From: Sphyrna mokarran
Lineage: Eukaryota
Assembly: GCA_024679065.1 (NCBI GenBank)
Contig: JAGIQG010000001.1
Coordinates: 109,430,001 to 109,494,000 of the forward strand
Reading direction: 5' to 3'
Length of the DNA stretch: 64,000 bases
Below the pieces are notes generated by a model. It did not search any database. It worked only from the letters and a program-made list of their open reading frames with translations, and was not told the origin of the DNA. This document shows positions 12,561 to 24,732 of the stretch, one piece after another. Each line of letters starts with the position of its first letter. The first letter of the stretch is position 1. The position numbers were made by a program, and so were the translations under genes.

Positions 12561-14012
12561 CTCAATGTAAATGATCATCTTTTCTCACGTGTACTCATTT
12601 GTTTTCTTTTTTGTTCTACCAAACATTAATTTAGATTTATCCAATTTAAAGTCTTTCATTTTGTATCCCAACTGCTAATAATGGCCAGATCACTTTGAAC
12701 ATCATTTTTCTCCTTTATATATTCCATCTGACCTCATAGATCTGTATCATTAAAAAACTGTCTAAGACAGGTCGTAATATACCATGTAGCTTCTGTCAAA
12801 CAGTCAATTAAGATGAATATCTGCAGACTCAATAGAGGTAAATATGAAAGAGCAGTGCTGACCACTGTGCCACCATGTCACCCTATGGGGCAGTGGCGAA
12901 ATTTCAACTCCCTGATTCTTCACTCCTCTTCACAAAGAGGCTTTCCTGATGTCTGTTAGTGTTATCAATTCTTCATCCAAAATATGACTAAATCCAGAAT
13001 TCATCCACAAACTTGATTGGTGAAGAATGTTTTGAAAACTATATATCTTTTTAAATATATTTTTCATTTCCTGATTCTGCATATCTCTTCCCTCAAAAGA
13101 TGTATTTATCATTAACAAACTGTCTTTCACTAATTAGCTGAAAAGCCATTATTTGATTCCTCAAGTTGTTATCTATAACCTGACTTTCTATTCCCTTTTG
13201 TCTCTTCAAATTCATTTTGGTTATCCTTGGCTGACTTCAGTATGATTGGCAGACTTAATTAAGATTCCAAGTTATGTAACTAGGAGAAACTGCTACTGGC
13301 AAAAATAACTGGTGTCAGACTTTGAAATGCTTTTCAGCCAGTAGAAATCCTACCAGACACTACTATTAATGTATTTCCATTATATTGTGGGTTTCTTTGA
13401 TTTAATATCATCTCACTAAATATTGATAATTAGCTAGAAAGGTGTTGATTTCTTCAGTGTTGTTGGTGCTACATACATCCAGGCAACAGGACATCTTTCC
13501 GGTCCATGGTAATCCTGCTGGTATTAACAAACCGCTGGTAAATAAAAGCAATCCTTTGCACTCAGTTTATGTGAAAGTTGTGATAAAGATACAACTCCCA
13601 AGTTTGACAAATTCAGTAAATTTTGAGGATAAGCAGATGAACATTTGGCAGGAACAAGTTATCTTTGATATTAGAATGCATGAAAGGATAACTGACACAT
13701 GAACAGAACTTGTCTAACTGTAGGACACTTTACAGGATTAAACATGAAACTTGAAGTGAAATTCTGATTGTAAAATATAATTTTGTAATCTCAGATTATT
13801 CTATAGACCTGATGTGATTTATTTGAGAGCAAAACAAGGGACATCAAAATATCATAAACTATCAAGACAATGAATCACTCAATGGGAAGGCACATATTCG
13901 TAGCAGGTGAAAGATCTTAAATTCCTTGGTGTTTAAACGCCCACGTTGCTCGAATTCGAAATGCTGCAGCTGCTCATTTTATTAAAATGAAAATCTATTG
14001 TGAAATTTTATT

Positions 14013-14325
14013 TGGCAGCATGGTGGCATAGTGGTTAGCGCTGCTGTCTCACAGTGCCAGGGACCCAGGTTCAATTCATAGCTTGGGTCACTGCCTGTGT
14101 GGAGTTTGCACATTCTCCCTTGTCTGTATTAGTTTCCTCCAAGTGCTCTGGTTTCCTCCCACAGTCCAACAATGTATGGATTAGGTTGATTTACTGTGCT
14201 AAATTGACTAAGTTTTGGGGAGGATTAGCAGGGTAAATATTTGGGGTTACGTGGAGAGGGTGGGATTGTTGTTGGTACAGGCTTGATGGGCTGAATGACC
14301 TCCTCCTGTACTGAAGGAATTCTAA
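14013..14325 (+). mobile_element. HE1-type V-SINE (CR1-like tail)
   Basis: A/B boxes, V-domain core, tail GATGGGCTGAATGACCTCCTCCTGTACTG..ATTCTA. Confidence 0.9.
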
Positions 14326-15736
14326 AAAAAATTTACACACCCTTTTTACCTGCTGAGAAAGAATTTGAACATTTCCTTCCTACTGCCCAAAAACAGATAA
14401 AGCAAATCTCCAAAAACTCATTGATCTTACATTCTATATGAGAATTACATCTCGCACCCGCTTTTCTCAGCATAAATTTTATGCCCCAAGTTGTTTACAA
14501 ATTTTCACATTCTAGACAGTGTTTGATTTTCTCATTTTTCATCAGATGTATTTTTAAAGGCTTTACTCAGCACAACCTTTGGTTGAGCATCAATTCCACA
14601 TGTCCATAAATCTGCGAGAGAAAAATAGTCCTTGCTAATCTTAAGTTTCATTTGCTTGCTAATTTTGATACTTATGTGTTTTAGATCTGTACTCATGCCC
14701 CCAAATCCTCATGCCTTGCATCAAAATTTGCATTATTTACTTTGCATCCTGAGTTAAGAAGTTTGTTTTTTTTGAGGAAAATTATATGTTCTGATGATTC
14801 AGTTGGTTTGCCTATACACAGACTGGGCTGTACATGGTTAATTGATCTGAGTCATGGAAGTGATGCACTATGATTTAGTTTAATTGGCTATTTCAATAAG
14901 AAGTGGTGCTCCGAGCGTTCCCTGTCCCACAGAGAAGTATTCAGATAAAGAACTAAAATAGAGAATTGATTCTGAGCGATCTTGCTGAAAACAGGATCTG
15001 ACCAGCAACCAAATACCCACCAGGCAGCACCAGATAGCTAATTGCCAATTAAGAGCCCATTTCTGTGCAAACATCTAATGCCACTGGGACACATCCACTC
15101 AGCCTTGTCAGAAGCCCGACAGGTGACTAGAGGCAGTTTCTGGCTAGCATTCAGGGAGGTTGACATAATTTTCTTAAATTACCCCTAACATGAAGCTGCA
15201 GTTTCAAGAGATCAACAATCTATCCTGTGGAAGGGCTCCCCTTCTAAGATAAAGACCCGAAAGCTATGGCCTCATATTTTGTTTTCACTTGTATAATTCT
15301 TCAGAAGACATCCCAAACATGAGATGCACTCATGTTCACCTACCTACATCGGCAGTGCCCACATCCTCTGGTAGGACTGCAGGCTAAAAACTAACGCAAG
15401 CCTTCCGGATTCCTAAGTCTTCCTGCCATCCTTAATTAGGTGTAGCTCTCAGAAGTGTTATTGCAATCAGCATCCCGCCACAGCCACTTCTGGATTTCTG
15501 ACATGGAATTGAGCCAGGCATCCAGGTCCTGACAATCTCAATCATTAGACCATAATTAACTTCATCTCCTCAGGATGAGGAATGGGCAAATCAGCCAAAG
15601 TTCCCTTGGCTGAAAACACCACTTGTACATAAAATGTTGATAGGGAAGGGATAAACGTCTCGATTGTGATGATCCTCCTCCAACATTATGTGCCTAATGT
15701 ATTAGATAACACTGATTTTAGACTCACTGTCTAAAT

Positions 15737-16063
15737 CAGTGTTGTCTAATACATTAGTCACATGTGGCTAATTGGGAATCCAGATGTGGTAAGTACAGCT
15801 CTGATTCACAAATTAACTTCTTTGGGCATATGTTCTAGACATTCATATTCACACAGCTTGTGTATGTGTATTTTAACCTTTTTATGCACTTATTGATAAA
15901 ATACATTGTGTGAGGTTTTTTGATTACTGAGAGTGCGGTTTCCTTTGTTACTGACTGATGGAAGACTTTTTTAATAAATATGCATATGAAATTTATGCAC
16001 CTGTACTATGCAAGTTGTATAAGATGTGCTACTTTTAGTAGAAAGCATCTGACTAAAACACTG
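15737..16063. mobile_element. Small non-autonomous hAT (Charlie-like) element
   Basis: Ends CAGTGTT...AACACTG with the subterminal palindrome TAGTCACATGTGGCTA typical of MER3/MER33-like elements. No 8-bp TSD is recognisable. Confidence 0.5.
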
Positions 16064-16099
16064 TCACTATAGTCACACCTCTGTGGAGTATTTTTTATT

Positions 16100-16615
16100 G
16101 TGTTGATTATTATCACATGTATTAACAGAGTGAAAAGTATCGTTTTTTGCATATTATACAGACGTAACATACCGTTCATAGAGAAAGAAACAAGAGAGTG
16201 CAGAATATAGTGTAACAGTTATAGCGAGAATGTAGACAAAGATCAACTTAATGCAAGATAAGTCCATTCAAAAGTCTGACAGCAGCAGGGAAGAAGCTGT
16301 TCTTGAGTCAGTTGGTACATGACTGCAGATTTTTGTATCTTTTTCCCAATGGAAGAAAGTGGAAGAGAGAATGTCGTGGGTGCGTGAGATCCTTAATTAT
16401 GCTGGCTGCTTTATCAAAGTGAGATTTGTAGACAGAGTCAGTGGATGGGAGGCTAGTTTGCAGGATGGATTGGGCTACGTTCAGGAGCCATACCAAGTAG
16501 TTGTGAAACAACCAGAAAGAATGCTTTCTATGGTGCATCTGTAAAAGATGGTGAGAGTCATAGCTGACATGTCAAGTTTCCTTAGTCTTGTGAGAAAGAA
16601 GAGGTGTTGATGAAG
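16100..16615 (-). mobile_element. Rex1/Babar LINE 3' fragment
   Basis: LFFLTRLRKLDMSAMTLTIFYRCTIESILSGCFTTTWYG and KAASIIKDLTHPRHSLFHFLPLGKRYK match the Rex1 ORF C-terminus. Confidence 0.88.
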
Positions 16616-16800
16616 AGGCATTGAACAACACTGCTTAAAGTTCTCACGCTTGCATAAAGAATGACTACTTTGGTGAAGTAACACGGAATTGTTACAGTAC
16701 GGAAGGACATCATTTGGCCCATTGTGTCTGTACCAGCTCTCGAAATGATAATAAAAGAAGCACAAAATTCATTCTACTTAGGTGAGATTGGGAGCCAAAC

Positions 16801-17680
16801 TGTTAAGGTTTAGGTCAAAAATTCCGAAGTGTTTTATAGAGTCCGCCTGGATCATAACTGTTGCATTTTTAATTTGGCTAGGATCAGCATGATAATGTTT
16901 CACCTCATGTATGACTCAAATGATCCACGAGAGAGCTTTTATCAAACATAGCTTATTTAAGAATATAGTTAACATGTCTAATAAGAAAATTAGCAAGAAC
17001 TCTTATCAATTACAAACAAGTAACAAAACAACCACCATAACGTATGACCCTTAACAAATATATCTAATATATTCCAATCAAACCATTCCCATAGACAAAA
17101 GATACTTTTCACAGGTTTAACACAGCAAAGACTATTGCTCACGTGATACTGGAATTCAGTCCTTTGATTAAAGAATTGAAAACTCTCAGTCTTGTAAGTT
17201 CTGTTGTCCTCTTGACACACTCAGAACATTTTAAAGTCAGAACAACTTCCCAGAACAGGGAAAGACTTCAGTGAAACAACCAACAGCAGATTTTCTATTA
17301 TAGGAAGGCCAGATGCCTTGCTTTCAGTTAATCAGCAGAACTTCCAAAAACCCAAGGAGAGGGAGAGAAAGAGAGAGAGAGAGACACTGTTTTCAGTCCA
17401 ATGTCCACTCCCTTCTAAAACTAAAACTCAAACTAAAAATGAATGAATTCCTGCCACTTGACCTGCCAACCAGTTTTTCTTGTAACAATGCAGAGTCATA
17501 AACATGCCAGTAAAAATTTTAAAAACCCTGTTTAAGCAGCAATAAAAAAAATTCTTCCAGCCAAACCAGTCCCATAGTGATATCAGCTAAGGCTGTGAGG
17601 TGAGAAATCTGAAGCTGTGAGAGCTGTAGAGACCATGGCTTTTTTAAAAAAATATTTCTTAAAGATACATTAACGTCACA
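16801..17680 (-). mobile_element. Solo LTR (ERV/Gypsy type)
   Basis: TG...CA ends (TGTTAAGG...AACGTCACA), near-match 4-bp flanks AAAC/AAAG, no internal coding. Homologous blocks (GAGCTTTTATCAAA, TTCTTAAAG.TACA.TAAC.TCACA) recur at ~33070-34188. Confidence 0.7.
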
Positions 17681-18728
17681 AAAGGAATAAAATATAACCG
17701 ACTTTCTGTCATCAACACAAATGTGCTACGGCATGATGAAAAATACATTTTTAAGTATACAAGTGTAAATGGATTCCATTCTCACAAAATCATTTTCTGT
17801 GCAAAAGGGAATAAGAATAAGAGAAATGGTGGACCTCAGAAAGGTAGATTTTGAGAGACTCAGGAGTAAGCTCAAGAAAATAAACTGAAAATTGTTGCAG
17901 GACAAATGCATAGAAGAGCAGTGAATCATGTTTAGAAATACTATATACAGGGGAAGAACAATAACAACTTATGCAGAGGACAAATACTGATTTTGACAAC
18001 AGTGGAAGTAACATGAGACAAAAGAATAAAAAGTAAAATTGTCAGTAGTATAATTTTAGGGACAGCAGAGAAGTCAAGATAATTGTATTTATGTGAGTAA
18101 AGGAAATTAGCAACAACCCAGTAGAGCTAAACTATTTAAAAATATATTAGCGTTATTGGATAATATTAAAGAAAATGTCAAACTTTTGTGTGATGCCAAA
18201 TATTTTATTCTGAGAGAAAAAATCCACATTTTTAGATTTTTAGAAGTTTGTTTATGCTTCCTTCTTCAGCTTCTACATTAATCCCATGTGTACACCCCAA
18301 CCATGTATTTCACTCTCTGTAAAATGTATTTAAAACTGAAGAATAATCAAGGCATTTTATTTCCTGGTTTTTGGTCTGTGAGAATAGTTCAACATGACTG
18401 GCTGCTTACCATGCCTGATGACATTATTGTTGCTGGATGTTTGCAGATCTTCTTGACTTGGTAGCAGATTCAAACTAATATCGAGAAAGGAAAATCCATG
18501 TCACAGTACCTTTCTTCAAGGTCAGCAGTGCATACAATTATTTCATCGATGACTGATGACAAGGGGCAGCAAATTTCATCATTTTATTTTTCCTGTCTGT
18601 ATTCAGGGAGGAAATCAAGGACCAGCTGCATTGCACGGAAGTTGCATTTCTGATAGTGGATTTCAGGAAATAGAAGGAATTACCATCAAATCAGCTCCCA
18701 AGAAACAGAAGTTTAAAGAAGGCAAATA

Positions 18729-19065
18729 GGGGCAGCATGGTAATACAGGAGTTAGTACTGCTGCTTCACAGCTCCAGGGACTTGGGTTTGATTTCTGGCT
18801 CGGGTGTCTGTCTGCATGGAGTTTGCACATTCTCCTTGTGCCTGTACGGTTTCCTCCGGGTGCTCCGGTTTCCTCCCACAATCCAAAAATGTGCGGCTTA
18901 GGTTGATTGGCCATACTAAAATTGCCCCTTAGTGCCCTGAGATGCTTGGATTCATGGGTAAAATATTTAGGGATATGGGGGTATGGCCTGGGTGGGATTG
19001 TGGTTAGTGCAGACTCAGTGAACTAAAGGGTCTCTTTCTGCACTATAGGGTTCTATGATTCTATG
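18729..19065 (+). mobile_element. HE1-type V-SINE (CR1-like tail)
   Basis: Full head and core with a TTCTATGATTCTATG tail. Confidence 0.92.
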
Positions 19066-20094
19066 AGAACACAAGGTGCAGATGACTTCCTGTAGCATAC
19101 CTGAAGAATTGGCTTGTGAAATTTGTCAGAATTGAAAAATAGACAGTAACTTTCTGCTTCCCAGTTTAGCTACCCTGAGATTGGACACTTGGATTAACTT
19201 GTACCAAGTAAGAAGTCTTGTGGTAAAATTGCCATGTCAAATAGAAACAGGGTTGAACCTGTCCTGATTTATTTTTTAGATTCTTAGAGAAAGCGAAAAA
19301 CTCAATCATTTTGGATAGGATTTGAACCTATGTTCCAGAAATGAAAGAGCAGTATGTAATTCTACTGCTTAGCACAACACCCCAGTATGACTAATAAACC
19401 AAATTACTCTGGCAAAAACTCAGATTACCAATGGTTCCAGAATATTCCTTTTTTGATAGCCAGGTGCTGTGTTTCCATATTTGCAATAAAGATTTACTGT
19501 AACTCGATCTCAGTCCAACAAAATAATAGATCCATATAGAAAGTACAATGCCTCACTCCTGTTTATTTTTACTTTCATAAAAATTGCAAAACTATTTAGT
19601 TCTTTGGACATGTTGACAGACATTACCTAGATGAAAGAATCAAATAATTAAAACTAAGTACATAAATATTGAACAAAGTAATCAAACCAATCTGAACAAC
19701 GTCCAATGCATGTTTAACGCTAGTTTCCAAAGATCACTGGTTTATTCTGAAATATTGCTGTTCAAAATGGCGTGTTTACTTCAGCATCTTGTACAAAGCT
19801 TGACATAAAAACAAAATATGTTTCATCAGTTCAATGTATCCTTACTAAAATCAGGATCATATCCTGGTATTTTTAGTGGTGAGAGATCATCTGGAGTTAG
19901 TCTCTCATTTTTGCTAGTGCATATTGAATGTAGTATGACGTGGCATGGCTAGCAATTCATCTCCATACCACAATACGCCATATAGATCCAATCAATCCAT
20001 ATACACACCCAGGGCAAGATGCAGGAAGTGTTTACAAATATTATTTTGACGTGTGGAGTGAATTTTTTGGAGTGAATGCTTCTATTTCAGCACA

Positions 20095-21637
20095 TCAACT
20101 CCGGACTTGTGTCCAAGTGCACGTGTTCCTGGGGGAGCTGCCGTCAGTGACTGTCACTGTAGTAGTAAAAATAATAGTGTAACTCTTTCCTGTCCACCAA
20201 CCCCACTCTCCTCCAAAGCAAACGGTGTGTTAAGCTTCTGAGAACTCTACCGACCAATATGTAATTAGCAATGTGCACACTGAATACAGTAATCTGTGCA
20301 GCAATACATTCATCGTTATTCAGTGAGACATTGCTTCAATGCCCCGTGGAATAATAATAATTTTTCACTTGTCACTTTTGATTTTGTAACTCTTAAAACA
20401 TATAAGTGAAGCACATTTATCCATTGAATATTATGATATTATAGACGTTCATTTTCAGTCCAAACTACATTCAACGGAATTTGTTGGAGAACAAAGCAAT
20501 CCCATCGAGTTTGCACTTCCAAAAGAGAAAATTCCATACTCACTGACATCGGGGTCTGCTTGCGAGAAAGCTGTTGCCAGTAACCCCGGCAGAAGAGTTT
20601 CTCTCAGTGCTGATGGGAGAGTGTGCATTGCAGAGAACCCGCGCTTAAAAAGAAATTATAGTAACCTTTGCCATAATAACCTTTGCAAATAAGCTGCGGT
20701 TACGGAGACGGACCAGCGTGCAGTCCCCTGGGTGCTGCTGATGCTGAGGTTTGATCTAATCTGTCGTTTCGACCGCAGCAGCTCCGCTATGTCACATCCC
20801 TTCAGCACGACCCGGTATTCAAGTTTTAATTAACTGATCCGTTTTCCCCAGACCAAATCAGGGACATTTGTAAAAGAACATCATGTTTTACAGCAAATGA
20901 TGTCTCCGACTGCAAACCCTTCCCCACAAATCCGGAACTGAGTAAGGTTAACAGAGTTTTAAGTTGTCATCCTAAGAGATCCAAGCTACCTCCAGCTATC
21001 AACGGGTTAAAGTGCCTTCTCCCTCGCTCCTTGTGCTGTCCTATCAATAATACAAGTTTCTCTCCTCCACCAATTGCACAGAGCAAAATCAACATCGTTT
21101 TTCTCATTTTGGTTTAATTTCCTTGGAGGAATGGTTTGCAGAAATCCGTGATAATTTTAATCAAGGAAACGTTTGGATTGCAAAATTGTACAATAGGCAA
21201 CGAACATCGTTTAATTCTTCAAAAATGTTTAAATGCAATATTCCTGGAAATTATTTTACAACCAGCAAAATATATACTTGACCCCGAATAGAGAAAACCC
21301 GACGGGTGGTGGTGGTGCCGATTGTGTTAGTTACTAGCGGTCAATAACCGCACTTCGGTTGTAGAGGATGGGTACCCATCGAGGATGCTGATATTTCTAT
21401 ATGCGTATGTATATACATAAAAAAGTTACATATAAACATATGGAAATGGATGTTGATGGGGGGATTTACCCAACCATGCGATGTAAATATCCATAGAGGT
21501 AGATATATTGCCAAGTTCCATAGTCGTTGGGCAATGTATTCCATCGGTTGGGATTTTGCCAATCCTCTGGATAAGAAGCTGGGAGGGCAGATAAAATGGT
21601 GGCAGAAGACATTGGAAGGGAAACCACCATAACACAT
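20095..21637 (-). CDS. Candidate three-exon small gene (21637-21470, 20643-20544, 20156-20095), 109 aa, product unknown; may be non-coding
   Basis: Donors TGG/GTAAAT and TCA/GTGAGT, acceptors TTTCTTTTTAAG/ and TTTTTACTACTACAG/. The spliced frame is open: MCYGG...LWNLAIYLPLWIFTSHGW-RGFSAMHTLPSALRETLLPGLLATAFSQADPDV-MTVTDGSSPRNTCTWTQVRS*. Minus-strand AATAAA at 19741-19746. No homology recognised. Confidence 0.3.
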
Positions 21638-21779
21638 TTTGAGAGGCGGGTGCCAACCAACAATTAAAGTGATTAATTGAACTATTAAGGACGATGTTAT
21701 GCTTCCGCTTGCATTCTCCTGGAGCTGAGGCAAATCCTAGTGCATGGGGTGTCTGCAACTGGAGACAGCCTTCGAACAG

Positions 21780-21905
21780 TTACCTTGGGGGAGGGGGGCA
21801 GACATCTCTATATTGAACTCAGTGGTTAAAGGAGCTCCCTGCTGGAGAGTTACTCCACGCTCCCCTCACAGTACACTGAAAGGAGTTCTCCTCCGCCCCT
21901 GGTTC
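21780..21905 (-). promoter_or_regulatory. Putative Pol II promoter (GC box plus TATA-like element)
   Basis: GGGGCGGAGG on the minus strand at ~21890-21899, AATATAGA at ~21807-21814 and a G-tract at 21787-21798, all upstream of the candidate first exon. Confidence 0.3.
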
Positions 21906-22499
21906 CTCAGAGTAAATTATTTTCAAAGTGGATTGAAATTTCAAAATAAATGCTCCCTCTTCTTTGGAAATGGATAAAGAGAGGGAAACCAGCCTGTCAG
22001 CAACTGCACTTGTAGAAAACACAATGAGTGGGGAGAGTGATTAAAGATTTAAGGGTGGAGTGAATGATAGTGAAACTCTCATAGGGTGAAGTGGGTCATT
22101 CAAAGAGGAAAAAATAGGCAGTTGTGATTGGAGTGAGGAATGGGGGCAAGAAAATTGATATTGGGATTGTGAAAAACTAGGGGTATGTTCAGAGCACAAA
22201 AACAGAGTAATCAGAGGGGAACAGAAAGTTCACGTTTCCCCTCAGTTGTCATGCTAAATGTAGCCTATAGCCAATGTTGGATTCCAGGCATGAGAGTTGG
22301 GTATGACTTTAGGCTCTCTGGCCATTCACATGCTCACTGACCCACACTAGATCTCTAGAATTCAAAATATTTTGAACATTTTGTTGCTCTTCCAAAACAG
22401 AGAACACTTTGACACAACCTAAGGCTAAGGACTTAGGGCAAGCACACTAAAAGGATCTATGCACACAGGTCTTAGAGTATCTGATACTCTGATACTTGC

Positions 22500-22921
22500 A
22501 GGTCTTATGAAGAGAGGCTGAGGGATTTGAGGTTGTTTTCGTTAGAAAGAAGGCAGCTAAGAGGAGACCTTATTGAAACATATAAGATGATTAGAGGTTT
22601 AGATAGGGTGGACAGTGATAGCCTTTTTCCTAGGATGGAGAAAGCTAGCACGAGGGGACATAGCTTTAAATTAAGGGGTGGTGGTTTTAGGACAGATGTC
22701 AGAGGTAGGTTCTTTACCCAGAGGGTGGTAAGAGTATGGAATACCCTGCCTGTGTCAGTTGTAGATGCGACAAGTTTGGTGGCGTTTAAGAGGTTAGTAG
22801 ATAAGTTTACGGATGAAAAGGGAATGGTCTAGGTTAGAGGGTCACTGCTTGTTCCTAATTGGTCGGCGCAACTTCGAAGGCCGAAGGGCCTGTTCTGCGC
22901 TGTAATGTTCTATGTTCTATT
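22500..22921 (+). mobile_element. Young 5'-truncated CR1 LINE
   Basis: Uninterrupted ORF LFSLERRQLRGDLIETYKMIRG...TRGHSFKL...RFFTQRVVRVWNTLP, with tail TGTTCTATGTTCTAT. Confidence 0.95.
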
Positions 22922-23279
22922 ATAAATAGTACCACATAAATATTGAAGTTCGGAGGAGAATCTTAACCCCAAGGACAGGGGTTTAATTCATATAGGATAT
23001 TAAAAATGTTAACAATCAAATTCATGAAACATGTTTGCTTTCTCTGGCTTAGTACTCATTCATACAATGTAGGTGTGCTCACAAGGTCAGCATTTATTGC
23101 CGATTCATGATTGCACTTGAGAAGCTGCAGTGAATCATCTCCTTGTCTGTTGCATCCCATGTGCACACACAGTTACGGAGACAGAATGGGAGAGGTCAAC
23201 CAACTTGTTTCCAGGAGGCAATTGATAATTTAAATATTATAAAGAGTTCATCTTGAACTACTATTTTAAACTTAATCCT

Positions 23280-23700
23280 GACTTCCCAATTTCTCTGAGC
23301 TCCAGGAAAGCCGAGCTATTTCTAAATGTGCCTTTTCATATACTTGCTGGATCCAGTATACCTGTAACACCAACCTCCCTTTTCGTGTACAATGATTGGA
23401 TACTGTCCTCATTCTTCCAATTTCATTCAATTTTAACCTTTCCCTGGATGCCCCTGATTTCTCTGACCATGCCTCTGACATTGATCTTCAGACCCCATTC
23501 TTTCTTTTGGCTTATGATCATCCCCCTGACTTCCGATTTTCCTTCCTTCAACCTCCTCCTTCCAACTGCACCCCTCCTCTTCCAAACAATGCCCACACCC
23601 TAAAACACAATCTATCCTCTGGCTTCCAATCATTTCCCATGTCACTAACGATCTCCAGTCTTTCTGATTGCTCTGTATCTTCTCTTCACTCTTTGGCTGA
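23280..23700 (+). mobile_element. Decayed Penelope-like ORF fragment
   Basis: Pyrimidine-rich segment resembling the N-terminal part of shark Penelope ORFs (SLSDCSVSSL-GXNL, like 'LSDAERSVLSKGLXF'). Confidence 0.4.
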
Positions 23701-23714
23701 AACTTAGGATCTAA

Positions 23715-23878
23715 CCATCCAACAGCCAGTTTCCTCTGGTGAGAGGAATCCTGAGCACCCGAAGGAAACTCACGCAGATGCGGGGAAAATGTGCAGACTC
23801 CGCACAGACAGTGACGCAAGGCAGGAATTTTGAAGCAGGTCTCTGGTGCTATGAGACAGAAGTGCTAATCACTGTGCT
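23715..23878 (-). mobile_element. HE1-type V-SINE (partial)
   Basis: Reverse complement of the head and core (GTCACTGTCTGTGCGGAGTCTGCACATT). Confidence 0.85.
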
Positions 23879-24464
23879 TGCATTTTCTGTTATACTCAGA
23901 TGATGCTGAGGTCAACTGAAGTAGGAAACATAGTGGGCATCAGGGATATCATATCACTATCCACTTTTTCATGTTCCATTTTTTGTTGTTAGCTTTGGCA
24001 ACATGAGGCTGTAATAATTAGCATCATTTCCCTAATGGACTTCAAGATCTCGACATCAGGGTCAAATGTGGCTTCTGAGGCTGCACTTACTGGCAGCAAG
24101 ATTGGCAGCGCAAACTTTCAAGAGGTGGTCTTCTAACTAGCCACCTCCACGTTGTCACCTTTTTAAAGACAACAAGTGGACTCCAAGGCTCAAGGCCAAA
24201 TCAGAGGATGGGCAGCATTGAAGCCTTGGTAGTACTGCCAAGAACGATGAACACTTTTCAGGCAGGTGGAGGACCACAGGAGCACCTCAACATGGAGACA
24301 TCTTTGTTGTCAAAAATAGAATGACTCCTCTGAAAAACCTCCGAACCAACTCCACAAGATCTGATAAGGCCTCAATTGTGGCATTTTATGCTTTGTCCCT
24401 TTAACTGGGGTACAAGTAGGCCACAGTTTCAATGAGCAGGTGGGCAGCAGGGGAACTGACAGGT

Positions 24465-24732
24465 CAGCACTGTGGCACAGTGATTAGCATTGCTGCCTCA
24501 CAGCATCAGGAACGTGGTTCAATTCTAGCCTTAAGTGACTGTCTTTGTGGAGTTTGCACATTCTCTCTGTGTCTGAGTGAATTTCCTCCCACAGTCCAAA
24601 ATGTGTAGGTTAGATGGATTAGCCACAGCAAATGCATGGAGTTACAAGGAGGGGAGAGCTTTCAGAGAGTCGTTGCAGACTTAATGTGCCGAATGGCCTC
24701 TTTCTGCACTTCAGGGATTCCATGGTTCTATG
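24465..24732 (+). mobile_element. HE1-type V-SINE inside an older Harbinger-like non-autonomous element (~24030-24950)
   Basis: SINE head, core and GGGATTCCATGGTTCTATG tail. The flanks resemble the element at 28290-28990. Confidence 0.85.

Noticed and set aside
18230-18700. Exon-like sequence downstream of the candidate gene (similar case at ~2000-2600)
   Set aside because: It looks like an old dispersed shark repeat with no sustained reading frame. I could not assign a family, so I did not annotate it.
20544-20643. In-frame TGA read as selenocysteine in the third frame of exon 2
   Set aside because: No selenoprotein similarity and no SECIS element identified; two other frames are open.
21470-21490. 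SHGW resembling the GnRH decapeptide (QHWSHGW.PG)
   Set aside because: It lacks the QHW start and the PG-GKR end, so the four-residue match is coincidental.
22527-22832. Intact-looking 101-aa ORF as a host gene
   Set aside because: It is the C-terminus of CR1 ORF2 in a 5'-truncated copy.
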